A stretch of 48,798 bases of DNA from a virus, in the IMG/VR virus record IMGVR_UViG_3300022542_000629, positions 1 to 48,798 of that record, one strand, 5' to 3'. Below, piece after piece: positions 7,481 through 14,241 of the stretch; within the stretch, counting starts at the first letter, position 1; each line of letters opens with the position of its first letter. Under the pieces are notes generated by a model. It was not told the origin of the DNA. It was given only the letters and a program-made list of their open reading frames with translations, and searched no databases. Both the position numbers and the translations under genes were made by a program.

Positions 7481-7581
7481 TGCTCCCTCCACTGTCTCCA
7501 GTTCCACAGCGCCAGCACTGCGAAACAGGGGAATAGAAAAGCGTACAGGGCTATGAAGTTGGCTAGTCTGCCGGGTTGCAT
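7477..7581 (-). CDS. Possible 34-aa TM peptide
   Basis: Hand translation MQPGRLANFIALYAFLFPCFAVLALWNWRQWREQ. Its stop overlaps ATG 7480 (ATGA). Confidence 0.3.
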   Translation of the reverse strand: MQPGRLANFIALYAFLFPCFAVLALWNWRQWREQ

Positions 7582-7754
7582 CGCTCTTCCTCTGCGACTT
7601 CGACGGGCTCAACCCAGTGATGGACAATAGCATCGTATTGGTTGTTGCGGGCATCAGCTATTTGCGCTGCTTCTTTGTGAGTGTTGAATATAGGCTGGCC
7701 GTGTCCCTCTGTGCCCGTAGCCGTCCTCCAGTTAATGCGATACTTTGTTGTCAT
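7563..7754 (-). CDS. Hypothetical protein (63 aa from ATG 7754)
   Basis: RBS GGAAGGAGAG before ATG 7754. Confidence 0.5.
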   Translation of the reverse strand: MTTKYRINWRTATGTEGHGQPIFNTHKEAAQIADARNNQYDAIVHHWVEPVEVAEEERCNPAD

Positions 7755-7834
7755 AACTCTCCTTCCCATTGCGGCGACGGGATGCGCCGCCGGTACTGCT
7801 GATAGCGCCCCGTCCCTTTTCCGGGGACGATCCC

Positions 7835-8230
7835 TCACTGAGAGACACGACTGCTATCTTCATTACTCTCTCTTTTTTGCAAGATATGGGTTTTAAGATG
7901 ATGATTCGCGCATAGAATAACGCAGCAACGCATTTCCCTTTTTAGTCGTCTGCGGCTGTAATTTAGCATTAAGCTCACCTTGAAAGTCTCATGGCCATTA
8001 GGGGCATGAAATACTAGCATATCAGGATCACGGACCTCACAGCTAGGCCAACTGCAACCCATAAAACTTTTATAGCGATTGACGAATTTTTGGTTCCAAG
8101 TATAATGCGCTATTTGCTGCATCCTACGCCTTTTTCTATGGATCTTATTATATGCTTTACACTTCTCTTTGTTGGCTCTATAATAGGCTCTTTGGTGTGC
8201 CCTCTTTTCATCTAGGTTTTTGTATGGCAT
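7835..8230 (-). CDS. HNH-family homing endonuclease-like protein (131 aa) in an AT-rich island
   Basis: LVFHAPNGHE...ILCANHHLKTH. RBS AGGAGCATAAG before ATG 8230. The region from about 7860 to 8400 is visibly more AT-rich than its flanks. Confidence 0.5.
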   Translation of the reverse strand: MPYKNLDEKRAHQRAYYRANKEKCKAYNKIHRKRRRMQQIAHYTWNQKFVNRYKSFMGCSWPSCEVRDPDMLVFHAPNGHETFKVSLMLNYSRRRLKREMRCCVILCANHHLKTHILQKRESNEDSSRVSQ

Positions 8231-8325
8231 CTTATGCTCCTGTTCTATACTTATTCTGACTAATCTCATTGGTGCGCGAATTGGGGACATGCCCCCGCCC
8301 GTAGCCTCAGAGATTAGCCAGTATT

Positions 8326-8354
8326 AGTATAGAACATTTTGATGAGCCTGCCTA
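8326..8354 (-). promoter_or_regulatory. Candidate promoter for the HNH gene (TAGGCA-N17-TATACT)
   Basis: Read on the minus strand, about 95 nt upstream of ATG 8230. The -35 box is weak. Confidence 0.3.
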
Positions 8355-8588
8355 GTAACAAAGAGCATCTATTTCCTATGACATTTGTCATATCATGCAC
8401 GGGGCCGGTCTCGATCCGGCCATTGGTAGCCTACCTGAGCCATATCTACCCTACCCTATTCAGCGGAGTGCTTGCTCCGGCGTCTCAGGGGCAGGTATGT
8501 CATCCAAGCCATACAGCCCGTGCGTGGGGGGCGCTACGAGATTATTAAGTCCGGGCTGCCGACGCTAGAGCCAGCGGTTCGGCTGCTG

Positions 8589-9875
8589 TTATTTAGCCTC
8601 GTTCAAGTCTAACTCTTGCTGCCCGGCATCCTTCATCGCCTGGTAGAGTACCAACCGGCACTCCTCAGAAGCAACGCCAGAAGGTATCCATGCTGGCTTG
8701 CCATCTTCGCCGGCGGGAGCCTCTAGCCACTTCGCCGTGGCTCGTGCTTCTTTTGCAATCAATAGCCCGGTATGCTCTACATCGAATACCCAGGACAATA
8801 TCAGGTGACGTTCCAGATCAGTATCGCCACCCTCTGGCCTCGCCAGCGCCTTGCCCATCATTGCGGCGATGCGCTGTACCAGGCGAGTGTCAGGCGGTTC
8901 TTGCTGATCATCGGGTGGGCGGTGAGCGTCGGAGAAGTCGTCGGCCTCGCCTTTTATCCACCCGCCGTTATTGCGGAGGCGGAGGCGGGTTTGGGCAGGG
9001 TCATAGGGGCGTGAGCCATTGGCGGCGGGCTGTTCCTTGGCCTTGGCTTTAACCTTGGCTTTTGCTCTTGGCTTCCGCTTCTTGGCTGGCACCCCTTCGT
9101 TGAGCCAGGCGATCAATGCAATGCCCAGGTCTTCGCCGGGCTTCTCAATTATCTCATCCTGGTACTTGCCCGTTCGGTCTTTTATGATGTGGATATTGTG
9201 CTCAGGGCTAATGTCCATGAGCAAGTCAAACTCATATTCAATACCCTTGCCCTGGACTGGCGCAAGCCCGACGCGCACCGGCTTCATCTTGCCGTTTCTG
9301 TCTGTTGTCGTTGTCCATTCCGTTTTAGTGCGCATCGTGGCTATGATGTGACCGCCGAAGTCAAGAATGGCCTCCACGAATCGCCGCTGCTTGGGCGTTC
9401 CCATGCTCCATGCCGACCAGGTGTTGCCTCTGAATTTTGTGGTTGCGAGGCGGTCAACTTCCTCGAGCAATTCCCGCCAAGCGTGGCTTAGGCTGTCTAT
9501 GATGAGAATGTCATAGCCCACGCTATCGGCTGCACTGATCGCAGCGCAATAGGTGTCAATGTCCTTTTTCGGCAACTCCAGTACGTCAAAGGTAAACCGA
9601 TCAGCGTACTTGCTAGCGCTGCCCCGCTCGGTATCTATCAGCGCGATCTTGCCGCCCATGCCGGTTGCGATGCGCAAGGAGGTGAATGTCTTACCGCTGC
9701 CAGACGTACCGAATATTGCGAGGCGGAGTTTAGACTGTGCTTTCGTTGCGGGGGTAAAAGTAAATGTACTCATTTCCTGTCTCTCCTTTGTGATATTGGC
9801 GCAGCCACCGGGGAGCCAGCCCTTCCGTGCGGGCCGCGTTACGTTTTTGTTTCCCTGAACCTTTTGAGTTGTCAT
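8589..9875 (-). CDS. Sak4-like RecA-fold ATPase (AAA_24-type) with a C-terminal extension of about 165 aa
   Basis: Walker A FGTSGSGKT and Walker B ILIIDSLSH. The alternative start ATG 9773 (RBS AAAGGAGAGACAGGAA) gives the usual short N-terminus. Lys-rich linker KRKPRAKAKVKAKAK. Confidence 0.7.
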   Translation of the reverse strand: MTTQKVQGNKNVTRPARKGWLPGGCANITKERQEMSTFTFTPATKAQSKLRLAIFGTSGSGKTFTSLRIATGMGGKIALIDTERGSASKYADRFTFDVLELPKKDIDTYCAAISAADSVGYDILIIDSLSHAWRELLEEVDRLATTKFRGNTWSAWSMGTPKQRRFVEAILDFGGHIIATMRTKTEWTTTTDRNGKMKPVRVGLAPVQGKGIEYEFDLLMDISPEHNIHIIKDRTGKYQDEIIEKPGEDLGIALIAWLNEGVPAKKRKPRAKAKVKAKAKEQPAANGSRPYDPAQTRLRLRNNGGWIKGEADDFSDAHRPPDDQQEPPDTRLVQRIAAMMGKALARPEGGDTDLERHLILSWVFDVEHTGLLIAKEARATAKWLEAPAGEDGKPAWIPSGVASEECRLVLYQAMKDAGQQELDLNEAK

Positions 9876-9931
9876 CTTTGGCTGGGGCCTCCTTTTGCTT
9901 CTGCGTTTTGGGCCGACACCTATCTGCTAGA

Positions 9932-9960
9932 ATTATAACATAGTTTGTGGCATTTGTCAA
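9932..9960 (-). promoter_or_regulatory. Consensus promoter P2 (TTGACA-N17-TATAAT, with TGn extended -10)
   Basis: Minus strand reads TTGACAAATGCCACAAACTATGTTATAAT. Confidence 0.8.
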
Positions 9961-10208
9961 GTTTTGGTTTTCACTTCTATTTCATTAGCCTCTCCCTTCA
10001 CCGCCGCTATGGCGGCGTCTGCAATCCCCAGGCAGCGCCATTGGTTATCTGTGGAAAGATCTGCGATTTCCTCCAGCGCCTCCAGCATCTGCGGCGCGTT
10101 GGCCAATGAGCGTGCTCGCTGTTCGTCCTGACAACTCATTAGATACCATCCCTCGTCATCATAGACAGTATACATCCCGTTCTTGCCCGGCCCAACTTCC
10201 CAAGTCAT
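9957..10208 (-). CDS. Hypothetical protein (83 aa from ATG 10208)
   Basis: RBS AAAGGAGAAAAAAGCA before ATG 10208. Confidence 0.55.
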   Translation of the reverse strand: MTWEVGPGKNGMYTVYDDEGWYLMSCQDEQRARSLANAPQMLEALEEIADLSTDNQWRCLGIADAAIAAVKGEANEIEVKTKT

Positions 10209-10609
10209 TGCTTTTTTCTCCTTTCCACAAATTCTGGGAATGCCCCCGCTGGGATACGCCACGCGCCGCCGCCGCCCCTGCCGCCCGGCCCTCGCAGCTT
10301 GAATGCGCCGGGGAACAGACCCTCGCGCGCCCAGTTGCCCATGCGCTGCGCTGAGGGCAGATCGTCAAAGACACTCATCTCTACCAATCTGGTAGCGGCC
10401 TGAGCGATGGTATACCAGGTGTCCATGTCAGAGGCAATAATCTCCAGTGCCTCATCTAACGTATCCGCTATGTGGGCGATCTTCGGCACCATGACCATCC
10501 ACTTGCCGCCCTTGTCCTGTCTGCGGAACTCAACAAAAGCGGTGCTCATGACACCGTTATTGGTAACATACCATCTGTCATTGCCAGTCCTCACGGTATC
10601 AGATTCCAT
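10205..10609 (-). CDS. DNA-binding protein with an excisionase/MerR-like HTH at the C-terminus (134 aa)
   Basis: WYTIAQAATRLVEMSVFDDLPSAQRMGNWAREGLFPGAFKL...WRIPAGAFPEFV resembles the HTH_17/Xis family. RBS GGAGGAGG. Confidence 0.5.
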   Translation of the reverse strand: MESDTVRTGNDRWYVTNNGVMSTAFVEFRRQDKGGKWMVMVPKIAHIADTLDEALEIIASDMDTWYTIAQAATRLVEMSVFDDLPSAQRMGNWAREGLFPGAFKLRGPGGRGGGGAWRIPAGAFPEFVERRKKQ

Positions 10610-10823
10610 TCTTGTCCTCCTCCTCTGCCCGCAAGCGATCAGCCTCGCGCACCCGCGCAACCTGTGCGCTTGGCGGCTCTGCTGGTGACAGTAGCCGTTC
10701 CGCGATCGCAATAAACACGTGGGCAGTTGCGAGCGTGGCGGTAACTTGTGCCCACTCTACACTGATGTCCGCGCTAGCGGCAGAGCGGGCGAGTCTTTTT
10801 GCCTCTGCCAAGTGATCCGTCAT
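10599..10823 (-). CDS. Hypothetical protein (74 aa)
   Basis: RBS AAGGAGGAAAGA before ATG 10823. Confidence 0.5.
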   Translation of the reverse strand: MTDHLAEAKRLARSAASADISVEWAQVTATLATAHVFIAIAERLLSPAEPPSAQVARVREADRLRAEEEDKNGI

Positions 10824-10892
10824 TCTTTCCTCCTTGTCTAGTATTCCGCCCCGGCGCGGCGAAAGCACACGCACCGGAGCGGGTTGCTATCG

Positions 10893-11105
10893 TCAATCAT
10901 CTGCCGTGAGTAATGCGCCACATTCGAGACAATGATATTCATCATCGTTATAATCTGGATGATCGATTTCCAACTCTGCATTGAGCCAAGAACACCAGCA
11001 CACAGCGCACAGGTCAACGGGCAGGGTTGCGCTGGGATCATTGCTGTTGAATTCTAACTTGTAAATTTCAATTACTGTTTCATCTGAATTATCCAGACGT
11101 GGCAT
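10893..11105 (-). CDS. Small zinc-ribbon-like protein (70 aa)
   Basis: CAVCWC...CLECG. The ATG is 1 nt after the upstream stop. Confidence 0.5.
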   Translation of the reverse strand: MPRLDNSDETVIEIYKLEFNSNDPSATLPVDLCAVCWCSWLNAELEIDHPDYNDDEYHCLECGALLTADD

Positions 11106-11106
11106 C

Positions 11107-11526
11107 TCATCTCTCCAATCCCGCGCTCTCGCGGCTGTCCTCAATCTGGCTCACCGGCTCGGGCTCGGCGGCCAGCGCGGCGTAGTCAGGCTGCATCGGG
11201 TCAGCAATGCACCACTTTGTTAATATGTCATTCGTTGGTACTGGCGTGTAGTCATCGGGGATGACTATTGGCCAGTTACAACGCGGGCATGGGTAGTAGA
11301 GATATTCATCTGTGAGAGATTCATGATACCGATACCACGGTGCCAGCGCCTCGATTTCACAGTCTGTCATCTCTGTTAGTGTTTCACGATGCACTGCTTG
11401 CATCCCGTGGTCAGTACCGCACCGGCGGCAGCCCGTGAACTTGCGCCTGCCGCCGAGACGGGCCTGGGTGGACTCGTGGCGGCGGTCTTCTCGCTCCAGG
11501 TCTAAGCGTTGTTCTGTGCTCATCAT
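11107..11526 (-). CDS. Cys-rich hypothetical protein (139 aa from ATG 11526)
   Basis: CRRCG...CPRCN. ATGA overlap with the stop of 11523..11735. Confidence 0.5.
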   Translation of the reverse strand: MMSTEQRLDLEREDRRHESTQARLGGRRKFTGCRRCGTDHGMQAVHRETLTEMTDCEIEALAPWYRYHESLTDEYLYYPCPRCNWPIVIPDDYTPVPTNDILTKWCIADPMQPDYAALAAEPEPVSQIEDSRESAGLER

Positions 11527-11735
11527 ACTGTCTCCAATTCTCTGTCTCCAAAGTCTATATAGGAAACCGCCCCTCTCGTCCTGGGATAACAAATCATCAA
11601 TTCTGCCTCGTAGCCATCCGATGACGTGAATGGCTTCAGGCTGACGGTGGCGGTCGTGCAATTGTCCAGGTTGCATCCGCGCCGATGTATCTTGCCGCAA
11701 TGTGGACACGTCAATTCGTGATAATGGTAAGTCAT
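11523..11735 (-). CDS. Small zinc-ribbon-like protein (70 aa)
   Basis: CPHCG...C..C. RBS TAAGGAGGAAATAGG. Confidence 0.55.
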   Translation of the reverse strand: MTYHYHELTCPHCGKIHRRGCNLDNCTTATVSLKPFTSSDGYEAELMICYPRTRGAVSYIDFGDRELETV

Positions 11736-11799
11736 CCTATTTCCTCCTTATGCTCTTGCGCCCCCGTCCCAGCGCCGGGGCCGGGCCGGGGTGCGCGGG

Positions 11800-12012
11800 T
11801 TAGTGACGCTCACTAAAAGTATGCATCCAGTAGAAGAGTACCTGCCCGGCTTGATCTTTGGATAACTCGGTAAACTCATCTAGCAGATACGGAACTGCTC
11901 CATACATGTTGGTTTCTCCGCTTTCCCGGAGATCGTCTAGGAAGCCCAAGTATAAGCATTCATCTGCATCGGTAACGAATTCCGGTCGCTCACCCTTTCC
12001 TTCTGTCATCAT
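11800..12012 (-). CDS. Hypothetical acidic protein (70 aa)
   Basis: RBS GAAGGAGGAG before ATGATG 12012. Confidence 0.55.
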   Translation of the reverse strand: MMTEGKGERPEFVTDADECLYLGFLDDLRESGETNMYGAVPYLLDEFTELSKDQAGQVLFYWMHTFSERH

Positions 12013-12064
12013 CTCCTCCTTCGAATTCGGCCACCGTCTCTCGGTCGCCGTCATGTCGGCTCAA

Positions 12065-12277
12065 CTATTCCTTGGTCCAATACTTTACGCCAAACAGCCA
12101 CGTCAAGCCAATTATAGGCATGACAGCGGGCCAGAGAATAGCCCCAAGAGAACACTGTAAAAATATCTCCAAGCCTTTCCTACCACATAGAAACTCACTC
12201 AATACTTGAATTGCGCCAAGGACACCTAAGAGGTATACCGTGCTACCACATAGAATTGTCCATCCAGTTGCATCCAT
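12065..12277 (-). CDS. Small membrane protein (70 aa, 2 predicted TM segments)
   Basis: RBS TAAGGAGGACAAG. Hydrophobic segments are visible in the translation. Confidence 0.55.
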   Translation of the reverse strand: MDATGWTILCGSTVYLLGVLGAIQVLSEFLCGRKGLEIFLQCSLGAILWPAVMPIIGLTWLFGVKYWTKE

Positions 12278-12525
12278 CTTGTCCTCCTTAAATATTTATA
12301 ATATCAACCCGACGTGACGAGGGCCGAGGCCCTGCGTCGTTTCGTAGCCTCCCTCCAGCCTCCCCGGTGGCTCTCTCGTACCCGATGGTCATACCCCTGT
12401 GCCTGGTAATTACACCACAGCGCATTTACTGGCAGGATTCCAACACCTGCACCTGGGGTATGATGTTCGGGCGGGCTCCCGTCGGTTCGGCTGCCGGGCA
12501 TCGATAGCCCGGTGGCGAGGGACGG

Positions 12526-12879
12526 CTACTCAACTCTGATTTTAACATTGGCCTGATCCAAGGTTGTTGGATCAAATCCTCTAGTCCAGAGATAGCCGTA
12601 TTTTGCAGGGCCTTCTAGGTTGCTCGTACTGCCAAAGGCCCAGGTGTGAGAAATGCGCCGCCCGCCATAGAACCAGGCAGTATTGAAAAACGCCCCACCC
12701 AGGTTTTGAAAAGCCCTGTCGTTGCTAATAGCCTCATCCAACTGCTTGAGTGTCCCCTCATAGTCCGGGGTGTTTGGCGTTTCAATGCTGTACGCATCTT
12801 CACCCGTGGGTGTGCAACTCCAGCCCCACCCAAACTTCCTGCTCCTGCGGTAATTCTTGACTGTGATCTCCTCAGACAT
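12526..12879 (-). CDS. Hypothetical protein (117 aa)
   Basis: RBS AAAAGGAGAGCA. ORF track. Confidence 0.6.
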   Translation of the reverse strand: MSEEITVKNYRRSRKFGWGWSCTPTGEDAYSIETPNTPDYEGTLKQLDEAISNDRAFQNLGGAFFNTAWFYGGRRISHTWAFGSTSNLEGPAKYGYLWTRGFDPTTLDQANVKIRVE

Positions 12880-12931
12880 TGCTCTCCTTTTCCATTCTCT
12901 TGCCGCCGCCCTGCGAACCGGCGGCGGGTTG

Positions 12932-13117
12932 CTACCAGTTCAATTTAGCCTCTTCTATTTCCGTATGCTCCCAATCCTCCGTGACATGGAGGCAATTCTC
13001 ACATACTTCCACGTCACCGATTGTAGTGTGGACTACATAGAACTGTTGACCATAGTCTCTGGCAAAGTTATATTCCTCTAGACAAAAATAACAAGTGAAG
13101 TGGTCCTTTTTTATCAT
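12932..13117 (-). CDS. Small zinc-ribbon protein (61 aa)
   Basis: CYFC...CENC. RBS GGAGGAGGAGAGCA. Confidence 0.55.
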   Translation of the reverse strand: MIKKDHFTCYFCLEEYNFARDYGQQFYVVHTTIGDVEVCENCLHVTEDWEHTEIEEAKLNW

Positions 13118-13177
13118 TGCTCTCCTCCTCCATTTCTGCGCCGGCGCGGTCGCACGGGGCCGCGCTGGCTGTAATTA

Positions 13178-13411
13178 CTAGATTGCTATCGCCTTTGCCA
13201 GATGATTGAAAAAGCGCATTGCGTCGCCGTTAATGAAGTCGATCTTGACCAATGCGTTTTTGATCTGCGCCCGTTCCTGCTTAGTAGCAATCTTGACGTG
13301 CTCAATCACTACCGCCAGCGGGATGAGGTTGGGGCCGCTTGCACCCTCAACCTCAAAGATGTGGTCGGTGTCCAGTTCCTTCTCGCTCACGAACCTATCA
13401 ATCCAGAACAT
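13178..13411 (-). CDS. Hypothetical protein (77 aa)
   Basis: RBS AAAAGGAGAGACCA. ORF track. Confidence 0.55.
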   Translation of the reverse strand: MFWIDRFVSEKELDTDHIFEVEGASGPNLIPLAVVIEHVKIATKQERAQIKNALVKIDFINGDAMRFFNHLAKAIAI

Positions 13412-13438
13412 TGGTCTCTCCTTTTATTGAATTATCCT

Positions 13439-13780
13439 CTACCATCCCGCTCGTTTGCAGATACGCGAGTCGGTCGCCAAGGCATCCATTACGTAGTTAT
13501 CGGCTACGTCCCAGATTGCCCATTCACTGTCCTCTCCAAAGTACGAGTCTGGATATTTTGCCATGAGCGTGAAGGCGGCTGCTATCAAGTCCTCAACTGT
13601 GCTATTTGTCCGGCTGAGCGCATCCTTGACCAGTGAATAGTTGTGATACACGCCCTCAACAATTGCCTCTACCAATTCGCAATCTCTCAGATCGTCGGCG
13701 AAGATGCAAGATTTGAGGTCTTGCACTGTCCACCAGACCTTGGCATTTCTGATATTATCTATAACGTCTATGAATAACAT
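13439..13780 (-). CDS. Hypothetical protein (113 aa)
   Basis: RBS TAAGGAGAGCA. ORF track. Confidence 0.6.
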   Translation of the reverse strand: MLFIDVIDNIRNAKVWWTVQDLKSCIFADDLRDCELVEAIVEGVYHNYSLVKDALSRTNSTVEDLIAAAFTLMAKYPDSYFGEDSEWAIWDVADNYVMDALATDSRICKRAGW

Positions 13781-13823
13781 TGCTCTCCTTATATTCCTCT
13801 GATGAATTATCCTCAGCCCTTCC

Positions 13824-13850
13824 TGGCCCCCTCGAAGGAGTCGAACCTTC
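13824..13850 (-). other. tRNA-like 3' element: T-arm, a 7-nt G-rich strand and CCA. Not a complete tRNA.
   Basis: Minus strand reads GAAGG-TTCGACT-CCTTC-GAGGGGG-CCA. The T-loop consensus is present, but I could not find a matching 5' acceptor strand or an anticodon arm upstream. Confidence 0.45.
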
Positions 13851-13898
13851 GTTTCTGCAACCCGCTAGGGGCCAGCAGGGGCCGAGGGGCCGCTGCCT

Positions 13899-13927
13899 GC
13901 GCTTTTGTCCAGATGCGCTAACTGGTG
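13899..13927 (-). promoter_or_regulatory. Conserved boxB-like hairpin, copy 1 (RNA: CACCAGUUA-GCGC-AUCUGGACAAAA-GCGC)
   Basis: Begins 3 nt after the stop of 13931..14146. Shares the CACCAGTT lead and the CTGGACAAAA loop with the copy at 14208..14238. Confidence 0.5.
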
Positions 13928-13930
13928 ATT

Positions 13931-14146
13931 TTAGTCTCCAAAGATCAAGCCTTCTATATCCCACTCAACTTCATATCCGCGCTCTTCTGCGAACCGCTCT
14001 TGACGGATACGCTCGTTAACTGCGTCGCCGGCGTCAACGTACTTCTCGAAAACCTTGCCGCTGGGCCAGGTGGCTGTGAACCTTGTCAGTCCTGCTCCCA
14101 GGCATCCTTTTGCATCTTCTTTGATTACTACTGTACCTTTAGACAT
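13931..14146 (-). CDS. Hypothetical protein (71 aa from ATG 14146)
   Basis: RBS AAAAGGAGGGTAAA before ATG 14146. Confidence 0.55.
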   Translation of the reverse strand: MSKGTVVIKEDAKGCLGAGLTRFTATWPSGKVFEKYVDAGDAVNERIRQERFAEERGYEVEWDIEGLIFGD

Positions 14147-14207
14147 TTTACCCTCCTTTTGGGTTTCTCTCTTGGTTATCAAGGCGGGACTTCTACCCGC
14201 CGACCAT

Positions 14208-14238
14208 GCGCGTTTTGTCCAGGTCGCGCAACTGGTGG
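14208..14238 (-). promoter_or_regulatory. Conserved boxB-like hairpin, copy 2 (RNA: CACCAGUU-GCGCG-ACCUGGACAAAA-CGCGC)
   Basis: Begins 3 nt after the stop of 14242..14514. Its stem differs from copy 1 by compensatory changes while the loop is conserved. Confidence 0.5.
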
Positions 14239-14241
14239 ATA

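Noticed and set aside
12297-12302. A plus-strand TATAAT at 12297, and others at 1156 and 20686, as promoters
   Set aside because: There is no acceptable -35 box at 16-18 nt, and their orientation is antisense to or inside coding regions.
8575-12495. A shared 12-mer cggttcggctgc in the two large non-coding gaps (8575..8586 and 12484..12495), considered as evidence of a repeated element
   Set aside because: Dozens of 12-nt matches are expected by chance among all position pairs in 48.7 kb, and the flanks do not align.
13824-13862. An attP core (3' tRNA fragment) implying an integrative temperate phage
   Set aside because: No tyrosine or serine recombinase motif was seen in any ORF. An acceptor strand implying C1:G72 would also be unusual for a real tRNA. 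It is left as a minor alternative only.
13824-13930. A complete tRNA gene on the minus strand (T-arm GAAGG-TTCGACT-CCTTC, CCA, and a D-arm-like GCGC-N12-GCGC)
   Set aside because: No 7-nt strand complementary to GAGGGGG lies at the required distance. No anticodon arm with a 7-nt loop is present. The D-arm-like hairpin belongs to a repeated element also found at 14208..14238. It is kept only as a tRNA-like fragment.
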